The notes: generated by a model from the letters alone, not told the origin. Positions 41,823 through 52,960 are shown, counted from the stretch's first letter. The stretch: 64,000 nucleotides of DNA from an uncultured Spirochaetota bacterium (GCA_963745235.1 CAVUXE010000028.1:64001-128000); one strand, 5' to 3'. Program-made: numbers and translations.

Positions 41823-42488
41823 TTGAAGTCGCTCACTACGCAGGTTGGATATGCGGAAAAGGCCTACAACCATCTCCGGGAGCATATTCTCAGCGGGAAA
41901 CTAAGCCCGGGTTACCCTATTTCTGAGCTGGAATTTTCTGAGGCTCTCAAAATGAGCCGAACTCCTGTCAGGGAAGCTATTCATCGGCTGATCGCCGAGG
42001 GCGTCCTGCTCCGGCTGAGGGGACGCGGCACGTTTGTTCGAAGTCTATCGAGGGATGAAGTCTGCTCGGTATACGAATACGCCGAAGGGCTGGAAGGTAT
42101 GGTTGCATTTCTCGCGGCTCAGAAGTATGACTCCGCGTTTGAAAGAAGAATATTGGAACCGATAGAGGCGATGGAAGCCGAGATAGAGAAATCAACTGGC
42201 TTGGGCACGAACGAAATTGCCTGGGCTGCCGCTGATCGGTCCTTTCACGACTCGCTGTATGACATCTGCCCAAATCGCATAATCGTGGAGGGCCTCAGGA
42301 GAGTTTATGCCCAGATTCAGCTTGTTCGTCTTGGCGTATCGGGACTCATGCTGGATCGACGGAAATCAACTCAGGATCATCGAGATACGGCAACCGCAAT
42401 TATTGCCGGAGACGCCTATGGTGCACGGGTTACCATGCAACGTCACTGGGAAAGGATTCGCACGGACCTCATGAAGCAGATGGTGTAA
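41823..42488 (+). CDS. GntR-family regulator (FCD)
   Basis: MSRTPVREA..L..EG....GRGTFV. Confidence 0.9.
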   Translation: MKSLTTQVGYAEKAYNHLREHILSGKLSPGYPISELEFSEALKMSRTPVREAIHRLIAEGVLLRLRGRGTFVRSLSRDEVCSVYEYAEGLEGMVAFLAAQKYDSAFERRILEPIEAMEAEIEKSTGLGTNEIAWAAADRSFHDSLYDICPNRIIVEGLRRVYAQIQLVRLGVSGLMLDRRKSTQDHRDTATAIIAGDAYGARVTMQRHWERIRTDLMKQMV

Positions 42489-42517
42489 GCGCGAGCCGGC
42501 AATGGAGGAGGAGGAGC

Positions 42518-43780
42518 GTGAAGACAAATCTTGACATAAGCGGAGCAGACTTCAGGATCAATGGAAAACTCATCTACAGCGACGTAGCCGCCTCCCGGCC
42601 AGACGCCCATGGGCTTCTCATGAACGCAAGATTCATCCAAGGCGTCTTTGATGACAAGCAGGATTCGAACAGATTCGCCCGTTTCGGATGGACATCATGG
42701 GACGCGGAGAGACACACTGATGAGCTCATAAGGGCGCTGCCGACGTGGTACAACTACGGATTGAGAGGCTTCACGGTAGGGTTTCAGGGCGGTATGCCCG
42801 TATTCACTGTTGAGAACTCCTCAATAGACAACAATCCTTTCGGTGATGATGGCAGAGTCATATCCAAGGACTACCTGGAACGAATGGACCGGTTGATCCG
42901 AGCTGCAGACGCCCTTGGCATGGTCGTCATTGTGAGCATCCTGTACCAGGGACAGGCGCCCCGTATGCGCAGCGGTGCAGTCATACGAAACGCGGTACGC
43001 GCGGCATGCCGGTGGCTTCGCGAAAGCGCGTTTACGAATGTAATCATCGAGGTAGCCAACGAGTATAATGTTGGTGCATTCAACGACCATCGGTTGGTAT
43101 CTGATCCAGAGGGAATAACTACGTTGATAGAGATCGCCAGGCAGGAATCCGGCGGGATGCCCGTTGGCTCAAGTGGCGGCGGCCTGGTCTGTTCGCGTGA
43201 AGTTGCCGAAGCCAGTGATGTGATCCTGATTCACGGAAACACCGCCCGGCGTCAAGACTATTACAGATTGGTCACCATGGTCAAATCCTGGGAACTATCG
43301 CGCCCCGTTGTCTGCAATGAAGACTCCCCTTGTTATACCCAGCTCGACGTTGCATATCGTACGCACACGTCATGGGGATACTACAACAATCTTACGAAGC
43401 AGGAACCACCGGCGGCCTGGGGGATTGCGAACGCTGAGGATCTCTTCTTTGCGAGGCGAATGGCTCGTGGAATCGGCATTCCCATTGAGCCCCTCGGCGA
43501 GAATGAACAATACGTTCTTGACGGATTGCAGGGACGGTGGGAGTTGAAGGGTCAGCGCTGGGTAAGACTGACCGCAGAATCTCCCGAGAAAATCAATCAG
43601 GTCGAGTTCTTCCTCAATGGCAACCTCATAGATATCGCTTACGAGGAGCCATTTTACGTGAATTACGAACAAACGTGGATTCAGAAGAGCATATCGACAC
43701 GACCAGGAGACCTATGGCGGGCCGAAATTCATCTTGCCGACGGACGAGTGCTCGTGCGAAGCGCAAAGGTCGAAGCCTGA
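42518..43780 (+). CDS. Putative clan GH-A-like TIM-barrel glycoside hydrolase with C-terminal Ig-like domain
   Basis: IEVANE (acid/base-like), PVVCNED (nucleophile-like), VEFFLNG..EEPF Ig-like tail. Confidence 0.55.
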   Translation: MKTNLDISGADFRINGKLIYSDVAASRPDAHGLLMNARFIQGVFDDKQDSNRFARFGWTSWDAERHTDELIRALPTWYNYGLRGFTVGFQGGMPVFTVENSSIDNNPFGDDGRVISKDYLERMDRLIRAADALGMVVIVSILYQGQAPRMRSGAVIRNAVRAACRWLRESAFTNVIIEVANEYNVGAFNDHRLVSDPEGITTLIEIARQESGGMPVGSSGGGLVCSREVAEASDVILIHGNTARRQDYYRLVTMVKSWELSRPVVCNEDSPCYTQLDVAYRTHTSWGYYNNLTKQEPPAAWGIANAEDLFFARRMARGIGIPIEPLGENEQYVLDGLQGRWELKGQRWVRLTAESPEKINQVEFFLNGNLIDIAYEEPFYVNYEQTWIQKSISTRPGDLWRAEIHLADGRVLVRSAKVEA

Positions 43781-43816
43781 CCATACAATCTGGTAAGAAG
43801 GAGTGGAGACAGCACC

Positions 43817-44788
43817 ATGGCAACAGAACTGAGAAATGCGGTGATCACAAGCTTTCTGAGCAAGACCAAAGACCGATTCAATGATTATCACAAAGAATTG
43901 AGCATCCAAGAGAGACTGGAGCTGGCCGCAAAGATCGAAGGCGTAGATGGCGTGGAGTGCGTATACCCCTATGAGGTTGGTGAGGCTAAGTCCTTCAGGT
44001 CGATGGTGGTAAAGAACAATCTTGAAATTGCGGCGATTAACGTCAACGTCAAGTCTGAGCCGGAATTTCGCGATGGCGGACTGACATCGGCGGAGACAAG
44101 AGTACGTGAAAAGGCCGTCCGTTTCATAAAAGAGGCCAAGGACTACGCTGTTGCTGTTGAGGCGAACAAGGTTACTTGCTGTCCCTTGGGGGATGGGTAC
44201 GAGTTCAGTTTTCATTGCGACTATGGGCAGATGTGGAAGTACCTCGTCGAGGGCTTCCGGGAGGCAGGCAACTATCGGCCGGAAATGCCCCTGTTCATAG
44301 AGTACAAACCGAGTGAAACTCGTGGGCGATGTTTTGTGGATACCGCAGCGAAAGCGCTCTTGTTGCTCAGAGATATCGGACTTCCGAACATGGGAGTAAC
44401 GCTGGATTTTGGCCATTCAATATGGGGAGGAGAAAATCCAGCCGAAGTGGTTTCGATGCTTGCGGAAAGCAAGTATGATTACTACGTGCACATAAATGAC
44501 AACGACGCGCGGTGGGATTGGGACTTCATGGCCGGCACAAAGCACTATGTGGAATATGTTGAGTTTCTCTACTATCTTCGCAAGTATCACTACAGAGACT
44601 TCTTGACTTCAGATACGTCACCGACCCGATTGGACATAGCCGGAACTTTCGCCGCAAACGCGCGCATCACACGCAAGATCTTGCACCGACTCGACGAACT
44701 GGACGGGGAGAGACTCCAAAGTCTCATTGAACGACGCGACTATCTCGAGACATGGAAATTCATTGAATCTGAGATTTACCGGATATAG
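43817..44788 (+). CDS. Xylose-isomerase-like TIM-barrel sugar isomerase/epimerase
   Basis: IEYKPSE, GVTLDFGH, HINDN...DWD. Confidence 0.85.
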   Translation: MATELRNAVITSFLSKTKDRFNDYHKELSIQERLELAAKIEGVDGVECVYPYEVGEAKSFRSMVVKNNLEIAAINVNVKSEPEFRDGGLTSAETRVREKAVRFIKEAKDYAVAVEANKVTCCPLGDGYEFSFHCDYGQMWKYLVEGFREAGNYRPEMPLFIEYKPSETRGRCFVDTAAKALLLLRDIGLPNMGVTLDFGHSIWGGENPAEVVSMLAESKYDYYVHINDNDARWDWDFMAGTKHYVEYVEFLYYLRKYHYRDFLTSDTSPTRLDIAGTFAANARITRKILHRLDELDGERLQSLIERRDYLETWKFIESEIYRI

Positions 44789-44799
44789 GGCCACGTGAA

Positions 44800-45339
44800 A
44801 TGATCAGTCGTGAAGAAATGGCGCATGCTCGGCAACAAGCGTTTGAGCTTATCCGCGCGTCCAGGTTTCCCGTCCTGGAATGGGAACGAGAAAAAATAGA
44901 GGTGGCAGATTTCGGCCTTGGCCGACTATCGGTAGAGGGAGCGCAAATCCTCACACTCGTCGCAACAGACCGCATCGCGGCAAAACTGATCATTCTTTTC
45001 CCGCACCAAACGCTGCCTGAACACCGGCACCCACCGGTGGGTACGGATCCAGGCAAGGAGGAGACCATAAGGGCTTTCTGGGGACAGCTCACCATTTACG
45101 TTGAGGGTCCAGATACGGTCAGGCGCGGCAGAATACCGCCCAAGCAAGAGAACGTCTACTCAAGCCGACACGAGGTTCCCTTGGCGCCGGGCCAACAGTA
45201 CTATTTTGAGCCAGGCGGAAAACACTGGTTCCAAGCCGGTGAAGAAGGAGCAGTCCTGCTGAGCTTTTCGAGTGTGGCTCGCGACGGTCTTGACGAGTTC
45301 AGCGATCCAGGGATAACGAGGGCAACGAGAGTCTCGTAG
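44800..45339 (+). CDS. D-lyxose/D-mannose ketol-isomerase (cupin)
   Basis: DFGLG, QTLPEHRHP...GKEET, HWFQAG. Confidence 0.88.
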   Translation: MISREEMAHARQQAFELIRASRFPVLEWEREKIEVADFGLGRLSVEGAQILTLVATDRIAAKLIILFPHQTLPEHRHPPVGTDPGKEETIRAFWGQLTIYVEGPDTVRRGRIPPKQENVYSSRHEVPLAPGQQYYFEPGGKHWFQAGEEGAVLLSFSSVARDGLDEFSDPGITRATRVS

Positions 45340-45369
45340 AACTGCTGCTTGTCCAGGAGGAGGTGTTGG

Positions 45370-46314
45370 ATGTTTGCCAATCCCTATCAAGAGGTCTGGA
45401 ACGGAAATGGAGAGTGGCTCAAAGCCAACTTTCATGTCCATGCGGTGCCTGACGGACGTGAAATAAGACCCTTTCAGCTTGGGCGCTACACGATAACCTC
45501 AAAGCACGTATCCGAAGTAGTCGCGGCTTACAAGGATGCCGGATACGACGTACTCATGATCGCGAATCAAGGCTTTTTCTTGGATACCCAGGAGTACGCG
45601 AAAAAGCACGAAATTCTGATGATCAACGGCATCGAGTGGGTTGAAGAAGACGGAATCCTCTGTATCGGTGTCAAGGAGTTCATACGGGGTGAACCCCAGA
45701 AGGTCATTGACGAGTGCGCGCGGCAGGGCGCCCTGGCTGTCTTGTGTCACCCGAACTGGCTGAGCGAGGAGGGAATGCCCCCAAAGCTGTCTCTTCGAAC
45801 TATGAGCGCATTGCGTGGCTATACCGGCATCGAGATCCTGACCGCAGGGATTTTCAACGGATTCAAGGGCTCCGGTCTCGCAACTGACGTTTGGGACCAG
45901 TATCTCAGTGCCGGGAAGCTCGTCTGGGGTTTTGCGAACGACGATTTCCATACCTGGTTTGATATTGACCGGGGCTGGAACGTCATTTATTCAAGCGGAC
46001 GTGATTTCCAGAGCGTCAAGAAAGCAATTGAACAAGGCAACCTGTACGCTTCGACCGGTCTGGTCCTTCGGCAGTTCTCTTTTCAAGGAGGAACTATTGA
46101 GGTAGAGGCAAATCTGGAACGCACGCCTGCAGAAACGATATCGTACGAGTTCATTGGTGAAGGCGGGCGCGTTCTGCACAAGTCCTCGGCTAAAGCCGCA
46201 AAGTATCAGCTCAAGGGAAACGAGAAATACGTGAGAGTCCGAGCAGCAAGCGACAATGGGGCGATTTTGTGGACGCAGCCCGTCTATGACGCCGACGAGC
46301 TGAGTCAGACGTAA
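45370..46314 (+). CDS. PHP-family metal-dependent phosphoesterase/hydrolase
   Basis: WLKANFHVH, GIE, CHP.W, ANDDFH, YVRV. Confidence 0.82.
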   Translation: MFANPYQEVWNGNGEWLKANFHVHAVPDGREIRPFQLGRYTITSKHVSEVVAAYKDAGYDVLMIANQGFFLDTQEYAKKHEILMINGIEWVEEDGILCIGVKEFIRGEPQKVIDECARQGALAVLCHPNWLSEEGMPPKLSLRTMSALRGYTGIEILTAGIFNGFKGSGLATDVWDQYLSAGKLVWGFANDDFHTWFDIDRGWNVIYSSGRDFQSVKKAIEQGNLYASTGLVLRQFSFQGGTIEVEANLERTPAETISYEFIGEGGRVLHKSSAKAAKYQLKGNEKYVRVRAASDNGAILWTQPVYDADELSQT

Positions 46315-46367
46315 AGAAGCAAAGGACGCCTCGCCAGCGCAAGTTCAACACGCACCGCACGGGCGCG

Positions 46368-49300
46368 TCAGCTCGTCTCAGAGGTGATCACACGCAAGAA
46401 GAGCGCGAGGCTCCTTGCACCAGGCCGCAGCCGGTAGCGTTCGAGTGTGTCTGGCCCGCATGTTGCAGTCCCAACTCCGCGTTGCGCGATGTCGATGGTG
46501 AGGAATACTTCGGGCCTGCGGACCAGCTCGGAGGTGTGTCGGGCTTTCCAGAGCTGTTCCACGCTGTGGTGTGAGGCACTGAAATCGAACGTCGATGTCG
46601 AATCCACCCTGAGCCCAGCTGCCCGAGCGCCACCGCGCGCCGGAGCCACCTCCACCCACCGCACGTCTGTGCGATTGCCATTCTCCTGCGGCAGGACATA
46701 TGGCACCTGGAGAGCATCCACGTCTGCCTGGTAGATTCCGACCGCCGCCCCGGCTTTGCGGTCGGAGTAGCACTCGTGCGGCCCCCGGCCGTACCAGCGC
46801 ACATGCTCGAGCCCCGGGGCGAGCGCGCACGTCATCCCGACCCTGGGCAGCTCGGGGAGGGAGGCGTCCAGGTCGAATGAAAACGAACAGTCAGGTCCGG
46901 TCGCGGAGAAGCGCCACTTCTGAAGGAGTCGTCCGAGCCTCCTCCCCGTCCTTCCGCTGAGGTCGTGAACGATCTCCACGTTGGCCGCGCCGGTCCGCAT
47001 TTGCGCCAGTGAAAACCGGAGCGCATCGAGTCCTGCATCCAGCCACTCGTACATGACCTTGTCCCTGCAATAGAAAGCAAAATCCGGTATCCCTCGCAGG
47101 TCCATGAAAAGCTTCAGACCGTCATTTTCGGTAGGGGCGCGCCAGAGATTCGGCACGAGGGGCGCAGCGAGGAGGTTCCCATCCGGCCCCGCAAGGACGG
47201 AAAGGAACCCCTCTGGTGAGATCACGGCCTCCCAGCCCGGCCGCCCCCCCGCAGTTGGAGATCGCACCTCGTAGCCGCCCGACGCGGAAAGGGCGGAGAC
47301 GGCCGGCGCAACGCCGGCTGAACGCGGAGGCACATGGCGGCGGGCAGCCGGCGCACCCAACTCGAGCTGCGCCCAGCCGATCCTGTGGCCCGCCGGCGCC
47401 CAGGCGCGCGGCGCGGAGAGCACGAACTCCAGGAAGAGGAAGGATTCTGCTCCGGCCAGCGCCGCACGCGTCTTCGGCGTCCAGGGTATCTCCAAGTCCA
47501 TCTCAGCACCGGCCCCGGGCGCCAGGTCGGGCAAAGCCCGAGTGCCGGTGAGAATGGGCTCTCCGTCTGCCTGGAGTGCCCATCGAAGCTCGATCCCCGT
47601 CAGGTCCGAAAAGTCATGCCGGTTACGCAGGAGGATTCGGCCCTTGAACGGATGCTCCGCGGAAGCGGCCACGGGCTGAAAGAGCCTCGCGCACTCGGCA
47701 AGGACCGGCTTCGCGCTGCGATCAGGAAAGACCAGGCCGTTGCAGATGAAGTCGAGGTCGCTTGGGCTGTCCCCGAAATCCCCCCCGTACTTCCAGTACT
47801 TCCTGCCTGCGGAGTCGAAAGCCTCCAGTCCCTGGTCCACCCAGTCCCAGATGAAGCCGCCCTGCAGCCCGGGGAGGCGCTCGATCAGCGCCCAGTAGTC
47901 CGAGAGGCTGCCGTTGGAGTTGCCCATGGCATGCGAGTACTCGCACATGATGAAGGGACGGTCGTCCGTGGTCGTGGCGGCCCACTCCTCCAGCAGGTCC
48001 AGCGGCGGGTACATGGTGGACACGATGTCCGTGGCACGGCGGCCGCGCTTCACCGACTCAAGGGTAGGCCGGCCCTGGCCCCACTCCGGACGGGAGCAGC
48101 CTTCGTAGTGCAGGGGCCGTGTGGGATCGAAGGTGCGCAGCCATCCGGCCAGGGCGTCGTGGTTGGGGCCGTAGCCGGACTCGTTCCCCAGGGACCAGAT
48201 GATGACCGAGGGATGGTTCTTGTCGCGCAGGGCCATCCGCATGCCTCGTTCCAGGAAGGCGGACGCCCATCGAGGGTCTCGGCAGAGATGATCGTAGTAG
48301 GCGTGGCTCTCGATGTCGGCCTCGTCGATGAGATAGAGACCGTACTCATCGCACAGATCGTACCAGCGCTCGTCGTTGGGGTAATGGGAGAGCCGCACGG
48401 CGTTGAAATTGTGGCGCTTCATGATCTCGATGTCTTTGATCATGTCCGACAGGGCGAGCGTTTTTCCATGACGCTCGTCGTGCTCGTGCCGGTTCACTCC
48501 CTTGACGAGCACACGCACGCCGTTGATGAGGAGCGCGCGTTCCTTGACTTCCACGCGCCGGAAACCCACGCGGCAGGCGACGTGCTCGGTCGCAAGGCCC
48601 CCGGGAGAGACGAGACTCACCACCAGAGTGTAGAGCGCCGGGTCCTCGTGGCTCCACGGCGCGGGGGCCTCCAGGGGCAGCGAAATCCGCGCCTCCCAGC
48701 GCGAGGTGCGATACGCGGCCGCAACCGCGGTCCTGGCCAACGCCACGGGCGCGCCTGCCGCTGGGCTGAAGCCGCTTGACCCGAGCCTTTGCGGGCCGTG
48801 CAGGGCCGTCACGACAGTCCAGTCCCCGCGCCGCGCCGCTGCGTCCACACCCGGGGGCAGACCGCTCCCCGCTGCGTAATCTGGGGGTGCCGTGCCCGCA
48901 GCCGCGCCATGTGAGGGGTCGAACGTGAAACCCAGCTTCACTGTCACATCAACAGAGCCCCCGGCCGGACGCGCGTCCACGTCAGCGATGTACGCGAAGT
49001 CCGTGCTGTAGAGATACACGCTGCGATAGATGCCGCCATACCACCACTGGTCCTGGTCCTCGATGAAGCTGGCGTCCGAGTAGCGGACCACCATGAACGC
49101 CAGGAGGTTGGTGCCCGCGCGGACACAGGGGGTCAGGTCGAACTCCGAGGGAAGGCGCGTGTCCTTGGAAAAGCCCAGCCGCTCTCCGTTGCACCACGTT
49201 TCCAGGAAGCTCTCCGCGCCGCCAACGTGGAGCACAGTGCGCCGCCGCTCCCAGTGGGCAGGCAGCGTGAAAGTGACGCGGTAAAGACCGGTCGGGTTGT

Positions 49301-49688
49301 GAGACGCCGGAGCGGACGGAGGCACGTTGCCAAACGGCATGACGACGTTGGTGTAGTGGGGCTTGTCATACCCCTGGAGGGTCCAGGTGCCCGGCACGCT
49401 GATCTCCCCCCAGGAGGACTCATCGAACTGAGGGTCGGCAAAACACGCGGCGCCGTTGCCTCGAGGAACGGCGACGGGGTTCTCCGCGAGAGCAAACCGC
49501 CAGGACCCGTCCAGGCTCAGGAACCAGGGGCTGCCGGACCCGGTGCCCCGGGGACCCGAAGCGGCCGCGGCCCGGGCATCTTCTGCGTCCGGCCAGGGAA
49601 TGAGAGGGCTTCGCATGGGAAGCCTGCCCTCGCCGCTTACCTCAGGGCTTTGCCATGCATGTCTCGAGTGAAAAAGGTCTATCTCCAT
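46368..49688 (-). CDS. lacZ: Beta-galactosidase, GH2
   Basis: GVNRHE, SHYP, WSLGNES, CEYSHAMGN, GGFIWDWVDQ, PQENGNR. Confidence 0.95.
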   Translation of the reverse strand: MEIDLFHSRHAWQSPEVSGEGRLPMRSPLIPWPDAEDARAAAASGPRGTGSGSPWFLSLDGSWRFALAENPVAVPRGNGAACFADPQFDESSWGEISVPGTWTLQGYDKPHYTNVVMPFGNVPPSAPASHNPTGLYRVTFTLPAHWERRRTVLHVGGAESFLETWCNGERLGFSKDTRLPSEFDLTPCVRAGTNLLAFMVVRYSDASFIEDQDQWWYGGIYRSVYLYSTDFAYIADVDARPAGGSVDVTVKLGFTFDPSHGAAAGTAPPDYAAGSGLPPGVDAAARRGDWTVVTALHGPQRLGSSGFSPAAGAPVALARTAVAAAYRTSRWEARISLPLEAPAPWSHEDPALYTLVVSLVSPGGLATEHVACRVGFRRVEVKERALLINGVRVLVKGVNRHEHDERHGKTLALSDMIKDIEIMKRHNFNAVRLSHYPNDERWYDLCDEYGLYLIDEADIESHAYYDHLCRDPRWASAFLERGMRMALRDKNHPSVIIWSLGNESGYGPNHDALAGWLRTFDPTRPLHYEGCSRPEWGQGRPTLESVKRGRRATDIVSTMYPPLDLLEEWAATTTDDRPFIMCEYSHAMGNSNGSLSDYWALIERLPGLQGGFIWDWVDQGLEAFDSAGRKYWKYGGDFGDSPSDLDFICNGLVFPDRSAKPVLAECARLFQPVAASAEHPFKGRILLRNRHDFSDLTGIELRWALQADGEPILTGTRALPDLAPGAGAEMDLEIPWTPKTRAALAGAESFLFLEFVLSAPRAWAPAGHRIGWAQLELGAPAARRHVPPRSAGVAPAVSALSASGGYEVRSPTAGGRPGWEAVISPEGFLSVLAGPDGNLLAAPLVPNLWRAPTENDGLKLFMDLRGIPDFAFYCRDKVMYEWLDAGLDALRFSLAQMRTGAANVEIVHDLSGRTGRRLGRLLQKWRFSATGPDCSFSFDLDASLPELPRVGMTCALAPGLEHVRWYGRGPHECYSDRKAGAAVGIYQADVDALQVPYVLPQENGNRTDVRWVEVAPARGGARAAGLRVDSTSTFDFSASHHSVEQLWKARHTSELVRRPEVFLTIDIAQRGVGTATCGPDTLERYRLRPGARSLALFLRVITSETS

Positions 49689-49707
49689 GCTTCCTCGGGC
49701 GCTCAGC

Positions 49708-50529
49708 TCACTTTACGGATCCCAGCAGGCCCGCGACGAACTGCTTCTGCATGGTCAGGAACAGAATCAGGACGGGCAGCGTGGAGATGCAGACGATCAC
49801 CATGAGCGCGCCGTACTGGATCGTGTACGCCTGCATGATGGACGACATTGCGATGGGGAGCGTCTTTATCGCATCGTTGAGGATCGTGATGAGCGGCCAC
49901 AGGTAGGAGTTCCACTGGGCAAGGAACATGTAGATGGCGGCGGAGGCGAAGCTCGCCCGCATGGAAGGGGCCACGATGCGCACGAGGATGCTCAGCTCGC
50001 TCGCCCCGTCCACGCGCGCCGCCTCCATGATCTCCGTGGGGAACAGCTTGAAGTTCTGGCGCAGGAAAAAGATGATGAACACCGACATGATGGAGGGAAG
50101 AATGATTGCGGCGCGCGTGTTGAGCAGCTTGATGAAGCTGAAGAGCTTGAACATCGGGACCACGATGGCGATCTGCGGGAGGATGAGCGTCAGGAGAAGG
50201 ATCCCGAAAACCCGGTCTCTTGCCCGGGAGGGGTATTTCTCGAAGCCGAACGCGGCCAGGGCATTGATGGCGACCCCGAAGATGACGGTGGCAAGCGCGA
50301 TCACGAGGGAGTTCGTGAAAAAGAGGGGCAGGTTGTAGGCCGTCGTGGCCTGCCGCCAGTTGGACATGAAGTCCCCTCCGGGCAAGAGGATGCCGCGGAG
50401 CACATCGTTCGGGTTCAGCGTCATGCCGTTGAGCATCCAGTAGAACGGGAACACGCTCACCGCCGCGCAGACGAGCAGCACGAGCCACATCATCATTCGT
50501 CCCAGGGACCACTTGTTGGCGACGGTCAT
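49708..50529 (-). CDS. Carbohydrate ABC permease (LacG-like)
   Basis: EAARVDGA, WNSYLWPL. Confidence 0.9.
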   Translation of the reverse strand: MTVANKWSLGRMMMWLVLLVCAAVSVFPFYWMLNGMTLNPNDVLRGILLPGGDFMSNWRQATTAYNLPLFFTNSLVIALATVIFGVAINALAAFGFEKYPSRARDRVFGILLLTLILPQIAIVVPMFKLFSFIKLLNTRAAIILPSIMSVFIIFFLRQNFKLFPTEIMEAARVDGASELSILVRIVAPSMRASFASAAIYMFLAQWNSYLWPLITILNDAIKTLPIAMSSIMQAYTIQYGALMVIVCISTLPVLILFLTMQKQFVAGLLGSVK

Positions 50530-51422
50530 TGCGCGCGCCTTTCTCCGCCCAGGAGTCGCAACTGGATGAAGGCCAGGATTCCGGAGATGACCACCACGAC
50601 ATACGACATCGAGGTGGCGTATCCGAAGTCGAAATTGACGAAGAAGGCCTGGCGATAGATGTAGAGCGCCGCCGTCATCGTTGCATTCGACGGCCCTCCC
50701 TGGAACGTGAGTATGTTGGGTTCTTCAATGAGCTGCATGGTGCCGCTGGTAGAGGTCACCGCGGAAAAGAGGATGATGGGGACGAGGAGCGGGACGGTGA
50801 TGGTGAAGAACTGCCGGGCCTTGGAGGCCCCGTCCACCTCCGCCGCCTCGAAGATCTGCGTGTCGAGGCTCTGCAGCCCCACGAGGAAGAAGACCATGTT
50901 GTAGCCCGTCCATCGCCACGTGATGGCCAGCATGATGGTCACCTTGGCCCAGAATGAGTTGTTGAGCCAGCCAATGGGAGAGCTGATGAGGTGCCCGCTC
51001 AGCATCACGTTGTTGAGAAAGCCGTTGGTCTGAAGAAGGACCCGAAACAGCACCGAGACGACGACCAGCGACGTGACGCTGGGCAGGAAGATGGCAAGCC
51101 GCAGCGCGCCGCGGAAGCGGCGGATGCCCTGGTTCAGGAGCACGGCAAGCACCAGGGCAAGGAAGACCATGACGGGGACCTGGATGAGCATGAAGATGAA
51201 GTTATGCCCCAGGGCCGCCTGGAAGACATTGTCATGAGCCATGCGGACGAAATTGCCCAGGCCGATGAACGCGTTCGACGTTCCCTTCCATCTCCGCGTG
51301 ACGTAGTACAGCGACGAGAGGATGGGATAGGCATAGAAAACGCAGAAAAAGAACGCGGATGGGGCGATGCAGAACCATCCGAATCGGTTGAGGTATCGTT
51401 GGTGGGCTCCAAACGCTGCCAC
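50526..51422 (-). CDS. Carbohydrate ABC permease (LacF-like)
   Basis: WRWTGYNM, EAAEVDGA. Confidence 0.9.
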   Translation of the reverse strand: MAAFGAHQRYLNRFGWFCIAPSAFFFCVFYAYPILSSLYYVTRRWKGTSNAFIGLGNFVRMAHDNVFQAALGHNFIFMLIQVPVMVFLALVLAVLLNQGIRRFRGALRLAIFLPSVTSLVVVSVLFRVLLQTNGFLNNVMLSGHLISSPIGWLNNSFWAKVTIMLAITWRWTGYNMVFFLVGLQSLDTQIFEAAEVDGASKARQFFTITVPLLVPIILFSAVTSTSGTMQLIEEPNILTFQGGPSNATMTAALYIYRQAFFVNFDFGYATSMSYVVVVISGILAFIQLRLLGGERRAQ

Positions 51423-51518
51423 GGTTTGCTCCTGGTGGATCTGTCTTGCAAAAAGGCTTCCGCCCCCTGCCCGGTAGCTCCGAGCGGAGACGGAAGCCGC
51501 TGGGACACCCGGTGGTGT

Positions 51519-52803
51519 CTACTGGCCCATGACCTGCTTGTACTCGGCTTCTGCCGCGGCGATGGTGTCATCCACGCTGGACAGTTTGCCCTGGAAATAG
51601 TTCAGCACGGCGTGCGCAACAGCGTCCCGCATGGGCTGATAGTTCGGAGTGTACTTCAGGACGGGGACGTTGGACATCCACGCGGCAAAAGTCCTTGTAG
51701 ATGGGCTGGCTCTTGTAGAAGAACTCGTCACGCGCCGTGTAGTTCGAGCCCTTCTGGCTGGGGAGGAAGGTGCCCATTGCGCCGGCGCCCTTGAGGATGG
51801 TGTTGTAGAAAGCAAGGGTGTCGGGCGTGGCGGTGGCCCAGACAGACTTCAGGAAGTCAACCGCGACGGCCTTGTTGGGGCTGGAGGAGAAGACGTACCA
51901 GCTTGAACCGCCGTTGTTGGAGGCGTTGGCCGCGCCAGGCACTCCTTCGATCCGCGGGGTGGGCAGAATCATGTACTTGCCCGCGTTCTCCGGCCGCGAC
52001 TTCACGGACCCGACCATCCAGATGGCGTTGAGGAAGCCCGCGCTCTGGTCGCTGTTGATGGCGTTGATCCAGTCACTCCAACCGACCACGCTGTACAGCA
52101 GGCCCTTGTCGTTGAGCTCCTTGAACAGGCCGAGGGACTTCCTGAACGCCTCACTGTGCAGGTTGAGCGACCCGTCCGGCTTGAAGAACTGCCCTCCGGT
52201 GGACTGCACGACAATGCGCAGCATGTCGAAGTTGTCGCTCTGGTAGGACAGCAGAGGTTTGTTTGTCTTGGCCTTCACCGTGACTCCGAGCTTCACAACG
52301 TCAGCCCACTTCATTTTCTTGCCCATGTAGCTGTCAGGGTTGAGCCCGGCGGCCTTGAGATAGTCCGCGCGAAGCCACAGGCCGGTTGAGCCCGTATCGA
52401 ATGGGATGCCATAGACCTTCTTGCCCACCGTCATGGGCCCGACCTTGTACGCGGCGAACTTGGAGTAGTCCACGCCCGCTGCCTTCAGGTCCACGAACGC
52501 ATCCGGATAGTCGTGCAGGAACTGCTCGATACGGAAGTCCTGGAACAGGGCGATGTCCGGCAAGCCGGCGCCTCCCGCCTGCAGGCCGGCGCTGATTTTT
52601 GCCTCGATGTCCTGCGCCATGTCAACGACGTCAATGGTGACGTCGGCGTGGGTCTTGTTGTAGACCATTGCCGCCTGTTTCATGGCGTAGACGTTGAAGT
52701 TGGGGTCCCAACACCATACGGTGATCTTCTGCTGGGCAAAGACCCCGGGGACGAATGCCAGGAACAGGACCAGCGCGAGCGCTGTGACCAATCCTTTTTT
52801 CAC
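51519..52803 (-). CDS. Carbohydrate ABC substrate-binding protein, lactose/galactoside-type (frameshift near 51688)
   Basis: ITVWCWDPNFN, YGIPFD.G, NNGGSSWYV; GTG start after AGGAGG. Confidence 0.88.
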
Positions 52804-52882
52804 GAGAGGCCTCCTTCTGAGAGTGGTTGTGCACCCACAAGGGCGCGCAGGAGATTGTGCTTCCGGCCGGGCCCGTTCACAA

Positions 52883-52930
52883 GAGACAGATGTCACTGAA
52901 GGGGAAGGAATTACCCGGTACATTTGTCCC
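52883..52930. promoter_or_regulatory. Two imperfect G..ACA-NN-TGTC.C palindromes, candidate response-regulator boxes
   Basis: GAGACAGATGTCAC at 52883-52896 and GGTACATTTGTCCC at 52917-52930, upstream of the lac ABC operon. Confidence 0.5.
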
Positions 52931-52960
52931 GCGTCTCCCCGGGGCAGGGCTGTCCGCGCC

